From Balanoglossus misakiensis (taxonomy: Eukaryota; Animalia; Hemichordata), in NCBI GenBank assembly GCA_040954595.2, contig CM082577.2, forward strand, positions 14,763,903-14,827,902: 64,000 bases of DNA, read 5' to 3'. This document shows positions 39,565 to 53,127 of this stretch, one piece after another. Position 1 is the first letter of the stretch; every line of letters starts with the position of its first letter. The position numbers and the translations under genes are program-made. The notes beneath the pieces are model-generated. The model ran no database searches. It saw only the letters and a list, made by a program, of their open reading frames with translations, and was not told where the DNA came from.

Positions 39565-40893
39565 GGCCAAAAAAAAAAAAGAGTTTTGTTTAGCGTCCAA
39601 GCAAAATCTCAAAACTGATGCGGTGACGCGACTTCTTCTTTTTTTCTTTTCTTTTTTTTCTGCGAAACAAGAACAGCAAATATTTATTTAATAGTCCAAA
39701 ATTAAGGGGGGATTTGGTCAAAGTAGGGGGAATCATGATTTGCATAATTTATGTTAATTAGGTTAACATCAAGGAATGACAATTTTGAACGTTAACTTAC
39801 TAACTGCCTTCATTCCATATTAAAAACAGCATTAAGTAAATTACAACATTTTACATGTGAACTTGACAACATATTAACAGTTACAGTTTTTTCTACTTTA
39901 AATTAGTAGATTTTGCAGAGGAAGACACCAGCTCGCATAACTTTCAGGGCATGTAATTTAAAAAATGCTGGAGAGCTGAAAATAACTCTCCTGAAATTAA
40001 TTACACAAGTGGTAGGAGAGTGACTGATTAACTGCTCCCCTGGCAAGTAGAGTGAAATGAATAAAATAAACGCAACTGCAAAAACAATAGTGTCTTTCTT
40101 TAATACTATACCTGAGAAAAAAATTCTTGTTTGATTTTAAAAGTTTCAGTTTAGCAGCCAAAATATTAGATTGTGAAACCATTAATAGTTAAATAAATTG
40201 AAGTGGTATATATTTCTTCAGATTTCTGCCTACACTTCCCCATCTGTGGCTAGGCACACTACTCAAATAAACAGTCTCTGTACATATTGAATGACTTTCC
40301 TTCCTAAAGTAAGAAAACAAGGTCATGGAAAACTGATACATTCTTGATAATCACCATGGCAGGAACGCAGTTTCTTTAATTTGCATAAAATTGTTACGTT
40401 CTGCCAACCCAATTTCAAAAGTCGCCATAACAACAAGTTCACTTGAGTGCAGAGTGTGTGCTCTAAATTTAGACGGTATCCAGATAGGCTGTTCCAACAA
40501 TTGCACACTATAGCCCTGGAGCTAAATTACACGTAAATTAATGTGAAAGTCATCTACAACATAGTTTTGGGGGGTGGGAAGTTAAAATGTATTGGCCAGC
40601 ACCCAGTAATATCGGCCGTTTTCCCAGTGTTTTGACTGACGGTGCCTGCTATGGAGGCTTGGACGCGCATGTACTGGCCGGGTGGGCTGCTCAAGAAGGG
40701 GCGATTGTCGCCCCCTGAACTTGTTACAAGGGGCGCTTCAAGTGTAAAAGAGGGGGAATCACGCGATCGCGCGTCCTGGAGAAAACACTGCAAGTTGATT
40801 TCCAGGTTCGAAAATTACGAAAAAAAAGCCTCGACGCGCATGTTTAAAAGTGACGCACGCGAGGACGCTAAACAAAACTCTTTTTTTTTGGCC
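39565..40893. mobile_element. Non-autonomous Zator-like element with TAA TSD
   Basis: TIR GGCC(A)nGAGTTTTGTTTAGCGTCC at both ends; TAA at 39562-39564 and 40894-40896. Confidence 0.85.
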
Positions 40894-41262
40894 TAAGCCA
40901 TATTACTTGTATAATACATCATTTCTTTACATACAACAATAGTTTTTTACTGTGTATAGGGAGTCTGATTTTATGGGTGCAGCACCCATTTAATTAATAT
41001 ATATTTCAGTGTTGTCAGCAGGCCATGTTTTCACAACTTTCTTGGATATTTTTGGTTTGTGTCTTCGATTTCTAAGCTATGTGTACCAATATTAGCATGC
41101 ACTTTGAAATTATAAATCTCTGTTAATGTAGCTGCCACCCATAATGTGCTTCACACCAACACAAGAGTATACAGAATTCAACCTGGTGATATCATTTAAC
41201 TTCGCCAACAAATCTGCTTATGTTAATTTAATGCATCTTCTTTAAATTTCTTCATCTATTAG

Positions 41263-41934
41263 GTAACTGTCCTGGGCAAAGTCGTACATGGTCCAACAAA
41301 AACTGAGAAGACTACAAAAGATGGCAAACAGCTGTGTTTAACCAAACATATTATTGCTGATAAAAACAACACAATCGAGGCAAACACGTGAGATTCAGAT
41401 ACTGCTTTGCAGACAGGTACAATGTAGCTCTTACAAATTCCAATATGCCACAATGAAATCATTTGATGACACGAAAAATATGCTTCTCAGGTTCTGTCAA
41501 AGAGAACAGAGATTCTTGAAATTAGTGATATTGGACATGTACAAGACCTTACAGCAGAACAAACCCGTAACCAAAGTACAGTTGGTGGTACACTCTCAGT
41601 CCATTCTAACTTCAATTACCACTGTACATCATGTAAAAGAATCATTTCCAATGTGCCCCCCTGTGATACTGTTATCAGATGTGAATCGTGTAAAATGAAA
41701 CAAAAATGCCAAAAGTCTTTTACCACACGTGACTATTAAAATACAAACGACATGAAATTCAATGTTCCCCATTCAGTTATGGATGATTTCTTGAAAAGCA
41801 TCAATAAATCGCACCTGCTCACAGATCCTGAAGACAGAGGATTATTTGCTCACTGTTGAAATGGCTATCAGATTACAGCATTCTAATAGCCATGTTGAGT
41901 ACATGCAGTTTGTCTCTCAAACTACTTCAAACTA
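41263..41934 (+). pseudogene. RPA/SSB-like OB-fold plus zinc-ribbon protein fragment
   Basis: After an acceptor: VTVLGKVV...TKDGKQLCLTKHIIADKNNTIEANT* (TGA where W is expected), later YHCTSCKR...VIRCESCKMKQK. Confidence 0.55.
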
Positions 41935-41977
41935 ATTTGTTTTGATGATATCTAAAAGATTTGTTCTCTTCAACAGA

Positions 41978-42160
41978 TGCTCCAATGGTTATAACCTGCA
42001 GAGATACACGGGAAACAAAGAGATAACAAATCTGAACAGTCAAATCTGTGAACAGACGAATGCTTCCATATCTAGAATCAAGTACAACTATCATACATGC
42101 TGCCTGATAATTTCATCTTTCATGCTGCTCTATTTCTTGGTCTTACCAATAAAAAGGTGA
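41978..42160 (+). pseudogene. C-terminal exon of a KDZ/HMGXB3-like transposase
   Basis: CSNGYNLQRY...NLNSQICEQTNASI resembles the NS/TQxxEQ motif of that group; short match only. Confidence 0.4.
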
Positions 42161-42360
42161 CATACATTAAATGCCACACTACTATAAAAGTACAGTCTAC
42201 CCGATCGCCACAAAAGGCTAGGCTTATTTAAATGTATGAATATTCATTTCGAGACGTTGCCATGGAGCATATACCGTATTGTCGAATCAGGTCAAGCATG
42301 TCAAGGACAGTTCAAGAGCAGCTGTCAATATACAGTCCAGAACCAATCATCGTCCTTTAA

Positions 42361-45300
42361 CCCTTCTCCTGCTTAACCCGGAATATTCCGGGTCACACAA
42401 GGTCACATCTATACGTTGAAAAACATCGTTGAATAAAGTGATAATTGAAACATTCAAATGAATCTTGTCGTGTATTATAACGGTGATGTTGATTGGGTAG
42501 TTGAGTGAAAGTTTGGTCACGTGATATGAAATTCCCCGGATGTTTGACGCAATGTTTTGAAAGTCTGTCACGGTGCATTAAAAAATGGCGGCAACAGCTG
42601 CTGATGCCCGTCAGCTTCAGCATTTACCCCCGGAAATTCAAGAAATTTTCAACGATGACGATAGTGGGGAAGAATTTTTTGGGTTTTCTGATGTTGGTTT
42701 TCTTTTACTTCCGGAACATTCATTTGCTTTGATGTCACACCAAACAAATAAATACGCGAATGATTGTTTAGTTGGACGACAGTTACCGCAACATTCTCGG
42801 TTCTGCCAATGGTCCGACACTACCGCCAGTGAGATGAAACTTTTCACCGCTGCAGTACTAGCTATGGGACTCGTAGTTCACGAAGACATCAGCGATTACT
42901 GGTCGACCGATCCTGTCTTGTGTACACCGTTCTTTTCGTCCGTCACGTCACGAGATCGGTTCCTCAATATTCTGTCTTTCTTTCATCTCGCTAACAATGA
43001 CGAGTATGTACCCAGGGGACAGGATGGCTACGACCCGTTATTCAAACTTGGAGCAGTTTACCGTGACATTATAACAAACTTCCGGGATGTTTGGCATCCA
43101 AAGAAGAACCTTAGCATCGACGAGGGAATGGTGCCATTCCGCGGGAATGTTCACTTCCGTGTTTATAGTCCAGATAAACAAGATAAGTACGGCATCAAAG
43201 CATATGAGTTATGCGACTCGTCGAATGGTTACTGCTGCAAGTTCGAACTTTACACTGGTAAGAGTGATGGTGATGGCAGTGGTCATGGCAAGACCTACGA
43301 CTTGGTAATGGGATTGGTGGCCGATTATTTTGGAAAGGGTCATGTTCTATACGTTGACAATTATTATACATCCCCGATTTGATTTTATAACCTTTCCAAA
43401 GAAGACATGCCAGCTTGTGGTACCAGCAGATACAGGAAAGGGAAACCAGCCAGAATAAAACAAACCAAGCTGAAGGAGAGAGGAGAGAAGTTGGTAATGG
43501 TGAAAGGTCCACTCATGGTGCTCAAATATAAAGACAGGAAAGATGTTGTGATGCTTTCAACAATTCACTCTGCCAAGAACATCAACACCGGCAAAAGAAA
43601 TAGAGATGGGAGACCAGTGAGAAGACCAGAAATGATCCATATGTACAACCAGTATATGGGTGCCGTAGATCGAAGTGATCAAATGGTAGCCTACTCTTCC
43701 TTTCGAAGGCGTACTGTCAAATGGTGGAAGAAAGTTTTCTTCCACATTCTCAGTCTGGCCATTCTCAATGCGTATATATTGTATAGAGAATGGTCCAGCC
43801 AGAATGGAAGACGACCTGTCCTGCAGAGAATGTTTCGTCGTGACGTCATCAAGCAGCTGGTGGCATCTGGGGCCCCTGCAGTAGACCGCAGAACACCTAG
43901 AGGACGACAGCCTAACCCAACCGAAAACCTGCTTCGCCTTGAGGGTCGTCATTTCCCCGGCAAGATCCAACCACTTGGGGTGAAGCAAAACATCTCGCGT
44001 GAGTGTCAAGTATGTGGCCCAGCTGATCGACGTGCTTCCAGAGTGCAGGGTGTGTCAAAGAAAAGGTATGGTAGAGAGTCATCCTACCAATGCAAGCAGT
44101 GCCGTAAAGCCATGTGTGTCAGCCCGTGCTTTGAGCTGTACCATACAAAGAAGGACTATGTGCGTGCCTTTGAAAGACAAGCAGCTGGAGATGGCAACAC
44201 ATCTGATGAAGAAAATTGACTTTCAATTGAATATCAATGAATCGCTTTGAGCCAGGACAAATTTGTTCCCCTTGTCCAGTATTTGAAAAAAAAAATTCAT
44301 GAATGTTTTGATCCAGTGTTCCACCTTTTTTCAGGGTTTTATCATCTTTGGTATTCATGCATGAAATTATATGTAAATTTCACAATTTGTGTCTACTGAA
44401 AGTTGTGCTGCAAATAATTTGAAATGCCAGTTTCACGATAAGGTTTTCAAACTTTTCTCTACAAGATTATTCTGTCCCGTGATCTTAGCAGCAAGTGACA
44501 AGCACTGAGATTAGGCCGTGTATTTTACTTACCTTGGTTGCTAAGCTACAAGTCCGTCCATTTTTCTTGTTGGCATTTTTTATTTATTGTACATATATTT
44601 ACATTTTCAATTCTTTTTGTGTTTTTATTTAAATTATATTTCATTGTTCGCTTGTGCAATGTAATTTATCTTTAGCGACATAAAAATGATATCAACCGTC
44701 CATGACAAAAATTTGATACAGAGCCTAAAAATAACTTTGATGAATTCCATCCAATGGTAATGGCTTTTTTATAATTACTTATTTTTACATTTATAATGCA
44801 ATTATTTATAAATGTGATCCATGTACTTTGTATGGCAATCAAACTGATTCCATAAAGCTTGTCAAACTCTTGCTCAAAATGATTGCGATAATTCAACTCG
44901 ACACTACTAAGAATACATGTTTTGCATATATTTGCATAACAAATATCCTTTATTGAAATAATTCATAGCTACATTTATAGCTATATCATGAAAATAATTT
45001 TTGACAAATGCAATACTAATGTAGCAGCCTGTCCTACCAAATTGCTTTATTTACATCTGTGTTTATTTTCATTGCTGTGCATTGTATATTTTGAATTTTA
45101 CTACATTCCTGCCATTACTGTCAATCATAAATGTTGCTAGGCAACAACCACTGAAGCCATTTAGCCAAAACACTGAATAATTGTTATATTTTATCAAAAG
45201 ACATTTTCTGTGTGATTTCCAGTAAAAAACAATGGAATATCAAACATTGGTTTGGTTTTGACTGAAGTTCAAGATGACAAACAATGTCACTTTTTTACCC

Positions 45301-45707
45301 AAAAATGTTTTTTTACGATGAATTTTTAGGGGAAAAAAGCATAATTCAACAATAATTTAACTTGTATTATTTTTATATGTTTATAATTTCACATTCCAGC
45401 CAGTCACTGCCAATATATATCTACACTGACAGATTTTTTGAGTGAAAGTATTGAAAAATCAGTTTTTATATATTTTGGGTCAAAATCTATGGCAATTATG
45501 AGTTTTGTAAAATATTTCTAATAAAATGACATCATACTTAAATAGGAAATTTTATTTGTGTTAATTTGATATATAAGTTGATGTTATTATTTAATATGAA
45601 AAAAGTATCCAAGCCTCTTGAAATCAGTACACACAGATCACAGTTACTGTACCAGGCAATTCAGTATATAACATGTATTCCTATGGGGCTATTCAGCAGG
45701 AGAAGGG
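42361..45707 (+). mobile_element. piggyBac transposon with both ends
   Basis: TTAA|CCCTTCTCCTGCT...AGCAGGAGAAGGG|TTAA. Confidence 0.93.
42585..44219 (+). pseudogene. piggyBac (PGBD4-like) transposase with a frameshift at ~43380
   Basis: SIDEGMVPFRG, YVDNYYTS, YNQYMGAVDRSDQ, KWWKK, and a C-terminal CxxC...CxxC...CF cysteine-rich domain. Confidence 0.9.
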
Positions 45708-46974
45708 TTAAAATTGTCGGAAATGTTTGTGTTTTAGCAGAAAATTGTAAAATTTTCAATAAAGTAACCAATGAATAATATGTTATCGCTTTACCACCGT
45801 CCTTTGATTTTGACCGACATCAAAGTTGTCAAATCTTGCGCGAGACATGGTCAGACGACAATATCTGCATGTACACGGTACAGCCTTACAGTATTAGGAT
45901 GCAGTCTCTCAGACCAAACGATGATAACATTCATGATTATTTAAGTTTTATTTTTGTAATTATTTTAATCGCTGCGTTATTTTTCATCGGCCAACACTGC
46001 ATTTGGAGGTCATCAGTTTTCGCCAAAAAATGTGGAAACCCACTACATTTCCGTTGGACTGCAACACCGGCAGAACGGGTCAAGTTGGCGAAATATGTTC
46101 GAAAGCCAGTGTGGCAGGCATTTAGAAAGTTGGGTGCACACAATACATCCCGTTTCTGTGAAAATTGTGTAAGCATAGCACCATCAAGGAGAGAATTCAC
46201 CAAATTCTACGATGACATTCGTTGTGTGAAGGTCAGTGAAAGATTTGCTTTGTTTATGGGCCGAGGGCGCTCAAAATGTAAACAACAGCTGTGTGCCATT
46301 TGACCTCTGATCTTTAGAGGAAAGGACGTTGAGAAGCTTCACGTTTACCATGTTATCTTGAGCGATTTCGACTAAAAATGTTTTGTCATTGATAGGATAT
46401 GCTGTTAAAAATAGACCCTGTAGTATCCATTGTAACCATGCATCGATCCTAACCCTAACCCTCATTATCATCACAGTGCCGTTGCCTAAATAATAAAATG
46501 AAGAAGCAGTAGTTGACATAAAAAACAAAAATAGTAAAGAAAATCATCAAGAGTTTTTTTTAAGGTGCAGTACCTGTAACTTTTCATGTTTTTTTTCACT
46601 AGTTTTGTTTTAATGACAACTATGGCTTCCATTTCTACTCCACAAAGCATTTTGAAACACCCACTGAATAGCTTGCCAACACATCATCTGTTTGTTTAGA
46701 ATGCTGTCTTATTATTTACATTTGACTTCTTGTTTAGACCCAATTAATTAACATTCAGTTTAAAAATGTACAGAGTAAGTTGACAAATTGAATGGTGTGC
46801 ATCTCAAAATGCTTTGGGGAGAAGAACAAGAAGCTATAGTTGACATAAAAAAACAAAAATAGTAAAGAAAATCATCAAGAGTTCTCATCTACTGGCCCTT
46901 CAAGAAATTTTGTATTCAGCACATACCATGAATTTATAATTTTACACATGATTAATTTTTCTCTCAAGATATTG

Positions 46975-47375
46975 AAACTGATGTGGCATTAACACCAGAG
47001 GACGTGTACTGATCTGAGTGAATCAGATCCCGTGAGGAGTACGGTGCCCAGAGTACACGTATCCAGAGAAATGCCAATAGTTTTGTTACATCTTCGCCCG
47101 CCATGTTGCAAGGTCAACCTTACTCTCCGGAAAATACGAGACTGTAGTCGAGCGAGCAAGTTCAAGCGGAAGGTGGTGTTGCTATCGTCGATGAGGCGAA
47201 TTCAGACATAGCGCTAACAAGTAGTGTCTGTTATGACTATCACACCAAAACCGTCCTTTACGGTAAATATAAGAAAAAAAACAGGCTAAGTCGGCGAGGT
47301 CTGTACATGACGTGTCTTCATTACCGAGACGCCATTTGTATCTGATCGATTTTGCATACTGTTCAGGAAGCCACG
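46975..47375. repeat. Unclassified interspersed repeat, copy 1
   Basis: Near-identical to 53128-53614 apart from the MITE insertion there. Confidence 0.8.
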
Positions 47376-49202
47376 TCATGGCTTGGTAGGTTTTCCACGG
47401 AGATCGATGCTGGCAGAAGAACCGGAACAGACGGCGGAGGACCAGGTCGTTTCCTGCCACTGAATCCTGCTACCAACTGCTTTACAAGGTCAAGGCGGAA
47501 ATCTTTTTGCCTGTATCGTTGCTTTGGGGATGGTGTATTAGCAACTTTATACATGATCCAAGCATTACAAATAGCTCTATTCATGATGGACCAGAATAGA
47601 TATTTCCAGTATTTGTAATGCTTGCCGCCGAGTGGATAATAAGTTGCCAGTTGATCAGACAAATCTACTCCTCCCATGAACCGGTTGTACTGGATGACAC
47701 TCTTCGGGCAGGAAATTTCTCCACCTCTCTCCGCCTCACAATGGTTGACTCTGGTTGTGATGATGTTGACAGAGTATTCACTGTGCGCTTGTCAACCCAT
47801 GACGTCGCAACCAACTTCCCAAACTGGCGAACTGCTGACTGGTTCATGCCCAGCTTGACGTTGCGGAAGTCCGCGGGGAAACCCACTCTGTTCGGCCGAA
47901 TAGTGCCACAGCAAAATGTCCCCTCCCCGAGTAAATCCAAAGCCAGTCTGGCTGAACTAAACAAATTATCCGAGAATAAAATATGTCCCATGTTATGGTA
48001 CATGCGGGAAAGATTCCACACCACGGAATATCCCAGCCCTTTCTGTGCAACCTGTCCGTCCTTCTTTCCCGTATATGGGGCAAGGTTGAGGCAGTAGCCG
48101 GTACGGGGGCAGGCAATCATCCAGAGCTTGAATCCCCACTTGACTGGTTTTGCCGGCATGTATTGTATCATGTAGCTGTGCCCTTTGAATCTGACCATGG
48201 CCTCGTCAATTGACAGCTCTCGAAAAGGCACATAATTAGCAGGAAACGACAGGTGAATGATGTCTAACAGCGGCCGGATTTTAAACATACGATAGCGATC
48301 GGGGTCATCTCGGGGCAAATCAAGGTCATTATTGTTTACATGAAGGTACTGGCATAGTTTCTTATATCTGTTCTTTGGCATGATCTTTGCAATTCCTGGT
48401 ACCTGCAATCTGTCATCAGTGGACCAATAATCATTAACCTCCGGCAAAGAGTGAATTTCCATCAAAATATTCACAGCAATAAAAGCCCGTATTTCGTCCG
48501 GCTTCTTTTCATACCAATACTTATCTGTTCCACGGACTTGTTGACATTGTGCAGCATACCGGTTCGTCTCATCGGCAAGTTGTTGCATGAAGTATTGGGG
48601 AATCAACTGCACTGGCTGCACATGCACCCACTTCTAAACAGTGGTTCGGACCAGATTCCGCAACAAGAAACGGAGGCAAATGTTGCGTAAATCGTCCGGT
48701 ACTTCCGGTTGCAATTCATCGGCGGCCGTCTCAAAATTCAAAACTTCACGCAAGGGCTTCATCGAACTCGCGAACATCAATGTCGCTCGCTGTTTCGATA
48801 TTTTCAAACCCTAAAAATTCTTCTTCGTCATCATCTTCGAGAAATATTCTCATTATTTCTGCATTTGCTACACCAAGATCCATAACTTTCCTGTCAGAAT
48901 TCGCGATATTTAAATTCAGTAGGAGACGTGAATAATTAACTAAAAATAGTCGGCAGCGCGTCCCTGGAGATTTCAATCGTTGATAGGGGCAAAAGTTCAA
49001 ATGGTCACATATTTTCTTGGCGGGAAATGGGAGCCTATCATATGTTTAATAGTCATTAGAAAAAGATAACACGTATTTCACAAGAAACCGTTACGTATCC
49101 CACACTTTTTGAATCCCCCGATGTTCTGGAATCTTGGGACGTTTACGGACGATTTGGCAGCACCAATATAGGATGTCTGAGGGCGCTGTGGACTGCACAG
49201 GG
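47363..49202 (-). mobile_element. Second piggyBac element, 3'-truncated, with frameshifted transposase (48885 to 47363)
   Basis: Terminus TTAA|CCCTGTGCAGTCC on the minus strand at 49202. Motifs EEEFLGF, SIDEAMVRFKG, FSDNLFSS, MGGVDLSDQ, KYWK. Confidence 0.88.
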
Positions 49203-49489
49203 TTAAAGTCCGAGCTGTTATCAGATGCAGCGAGTGTCTCAGGAACAGATGTGTGTATGCACCATCAAAGTTGTCAACAACTCAGGTATTGCATAAATTT
49301 GAGGGGCACTTTGTTCAGTTGAGTATTCAAAGATACAGTAGTCTTTCTGTATATAAGTGTTCTTTCTGTATGTGCAAGTAGATCCATATAAAACATAGGT
49401 TTATGCAAATGTGTGTAAATATTTTTGGCAAATTTTGTATTTGTTGTCTTCTGATCCAACATCCAGTTTCCTGTTTTGTATTTTTCATA

Positions 49490-50100
49490 GACAGCAGCAT
49501 TGATCAGAGTACAGGAGGACAACAGCTATATTTGTGGCCAGCCCCTGTTCCCATGCAACAGTGAATTCCATAGTGATGTTTATTGTATGACAAGCTGTGA
49601 CCTGTACCAGTCCAATGGAAACTTACTACAGTGCAACAGCAGTATCATTTGAAGCTTGCTGTTTCTATTGTACAAGATAGTCTTCTGAATGATGACTATA
49701 TAACTTCACTCAGATCACAGTACAGTGTTGTCAGACCCTTGTGCAACATGTGCAGAGACAGAGGCAAAGAGGCCAAGACATTGTTTGATTTCAGTGATTT
49801 GCATGTTGAAATACTCAGAATGTTGTCCAAACACCAACTGTAAGTGTAATGGTCTATGTTATTGGTGAGAAATACAGTACTGAATTCAGTTTAATGCAAG
49901 TACATGTATCAGGTTTTTATTTGTCTGAGATATTTCTGGTAAAAAGAGAAAAATTATCTCGCCTTGTCTGCATCTGTACAAAAATGTCAGAGAACCGCAT
50001 TTTACCTTCAGCCAAAAAAAAAAAAAAAAAAAATATTCGCTCGCCGCTCCTGGAACTTTGTCCAAAAAATCCGATGAACAAGATTTTTTTCTCTCTGGCC
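49490..50100 (+). mobile_element. 3' end of another Zator-like element (last exon and right terminus)
   Basis: Degenerate YICGQPLFP...TCTSPMETYYS...CCFYC...LRSQYSVVRPLCNMCR parallels the protein at 10900-11482. Ends ...CTGGCC|TAA at 50100. Confidence 0.55.
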
Positions 50101-53100
50101 TAAATATTGACTATTTCTGATATCAGAATTGAATAAAAGTTGCACATATAAAAGGAACATGCCTGCCAAAGGTCAATGCAATATGACATGCGGTTATGAA
50201 GAAAGAAACTTTTGACCAAAAATGGCAAATATTGCTCAAAATTATAAATATGCAAATTTTGCAACAATTTGAACAAAACTATGGTTACTCAGAAAACCAT
50301 TAGGAAGCTTCACACTAAATTTTAAAGAAGTAAGCCCATCACTTCCAGAAATGAAGACTTTTTACCAATAACATGGAAAAATACAAAAAAATGCATAAAT
50401 AGGAAATCAATGATATTAGCTAAAAACATATAGGACTGTATGAGGTTGACATAAGGTACATGCATACCAATTTTCAAATCAATATGACCAGTGGTTGTTG
50501 AGTTTTGACCGATTTCACATTTCCCAGCTAATTTGCACATTTTTGGCAATGACAACTTCATTTGAAAAAACTCCCATCTACAGCCCTGCCTTCATCTACA
50601 CACCAAATATGGAGGTCATACGTGCAGCAGTTTATTATTGTTTCTTGGTTCAACGGTCTGAAACTAAACAATTGAAATGGTTGTGTTGGATACTGCAATG
50701 AAATGAACTATGTTTGCAATCTTAACTGGATTTATTTGTTAATAAACGTCTTCAGACATTATTACGAGAAAATCGGCATGTGTCTAAGCCGGCATTTTTG
50801 AATGTGTTTAAATATAGAAGCTGATGGTCTTTGCCATGTGCATTTAATGCTCAATGATGATTATTTGGAAATTCTTAAAGCAAATGTAAACAAAATAACC
50901 AAATGAAATTCATGAGCGATATGCTAGCATCAACAATCAACACTTTGGAAAAGTGTAGGTTGGAAGTTTTTACAGATGAAAAAATAAACTTTTATCTAAT
51001 ACTTTGCTTAATTTATTTTCAAGTAGAGAAAAAAGTGCGTTTGTGTGTGTGGGGGGGGGGGGGGAGGGCAAGAACTGCAAGTTAATATTTCATCCATCCA
51101 TCCTTGTTTCAGAGAAAACTTAAAAAGTGGCCAAAACTCAAATATCACTTCAATCACCACAAGGAACATGCCTACTGAAGTCCAAAGCAATCAGACAAAC
51201 AGTTTCAGAAAACAAAATTTGTTAAAAAGTGGCCAAAACTCAAATACAAGAGTAAACATGTCAGAAAAGTTGATAACTTTCTTCTTCTGAAAGATGGCAA
51301 GGAACATATTTTACAAGAAGTAATTTAAGAAATTACAATGCTAAGAGTTCTACAAGGAAACAATACATTTCTGGCAGTGGATGGGAGACTATTGAAGAAA
51401 AAAACTAGGTAACATTTTGAACAACTGTGAATAATGTTACCCAATGAAGCAACCTGAAAGGGTGCACCCTCAACCATATGCTAGCATCAACAATCAACAA
51501 TCCATCACTCTAGGTTACTTGAGATTTTTGAGTGTGTCCTGCATTGCTCACTCTCTCCCAACCCGCTCACCCTCAACAAATAAAACATGGGCAATTGCAG
51601 TTTTTACAGTGGTTTTCTGGTTATTGGTGTCAATACTGAATTTCCAGAGTTAAAACATTATAATATGTATAGCACAGCGAAACCTCATCTCGAGTTATAT
51701 ACATATCTGTCGACAATTGGATTATTTCTTTCATTATTTCATCAAAATCAACCACAAAGAAAATGACAACTAAGTCCGGATGCAAGAAGTAACAGGTAGG
51801 CTTATGTTTCATCATAGACTGAGAAATGTTAAACTTACTTTTGCCCATAATGTTTGTTAAACATAGCTGCCACTCATCTGTCACCTATGTTCAAAAACAT
51901 AATATTCTGAAAGCCGTCAGTTTGTCCAAATGTGCATTATATGAGGCTAAAATGAATGATAGCACTGGAAGACAAGCTAAAGTGTTATTTTTTCTCCTCA
52001 ACTCTAGCTATTTTTTTTTGGGGGGGGGGGGATATCTTTTCTTAGGGTAAGAGGGCATCTCTCAGATGAAAGAGACTTGAACAGCATGGACGGTGAAAGA
52101 CCTGCATGTACACCTCAAGCTACTGACTATGACTACCTGTCAACTTCAAAAGATCATACTACTGAGGAGAGGCTACAACAAGCAGCAGCTTATATTGAGC
52201 AACATGAAAAGCAAATTAGTTTATTATCCATCCATAAATTTTGTGCTTCAAATTAAAGCTTCCATTTAATATGTCAGAGAAACAACCTATTTGTAATCTT
52301 TCTTGAATTGTGTGTAATGATTTTATTGGCATTCCCAAGATTCAGTGGCTTCCATATCATTAGGCAGTGGTTCTTTTTCGTGCATTCCCAAGATGAATCT
52401 TGAAATAACTTCCATATAATTAGGCAGTCAAACAGCAATTTAATAATTTTCTGCATTCCCCAAATGCACCTTTAAATAGCTTCCAAACATATCAGGCCTT
52501 TATACACAATGAAGACAGCTACCTCTTACAAATTTAAACATGATCAGCCTCTTTTCTTCTCAGTGAATAAAGAAACATGTTGGTTATGTTTGGTGGATAC
52601 TGTGTAAAGATTTCCTAAAAAGCATTCCCAAGGGACAAACTAAAACAGTATGCAACACAAAAGCAGGCAAACAGCTTATTCTCACCAAGTACAACATTAC
52701 AGATAAAGACATTTTGTAAGGAATATACTCGAAGTACAAAAGGGCCTCCACTTCTTTACATAAAGCTACAGTACACTGCTCTTTCCGAAGCAAATTCTAG
52801 TCTGTATATCTGCCTGAGTGCTTCTACTACAAGCCTAAATAGAAACATTTTGACTGTACGAAATAAGTACATGTATGTACAATTTACACTGTGAGTGTGG
52901 GATTTAACCATAGCTCTTAATTTAACAAAATATCACGCTAAACTGTTCTATAACTAATAATAGTATGCCATGCCGAAGCCTAGCTCTGTATTGTGCCTCT
53001 TTCGCTGAGAGGGGCGGCGGCCTAAAGCTCATAAAAGAACTCATGCACAGCCAAATTTAGGCGGAAAATGTCATGCTGTGTACTGACTGATAATAAACTG

Positions 53101-53127
53101 TCATTTCACCCCAACTATGCGCTCCAA

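Noticed and set aside
45836-46303. 155-aa ORF as a host gene
   Set aside because: No recognisable domain, non-ATG start, and no linked exons identified.
46449-46463. CCCTAA telomere-like hexamers
   Set aside because: Only about two units; expected by chance.
50110-51300. Degenerate repeats resembling Helentron-associated satellite units
   Set aside because: No termini or clear periodicity could be established by eye.
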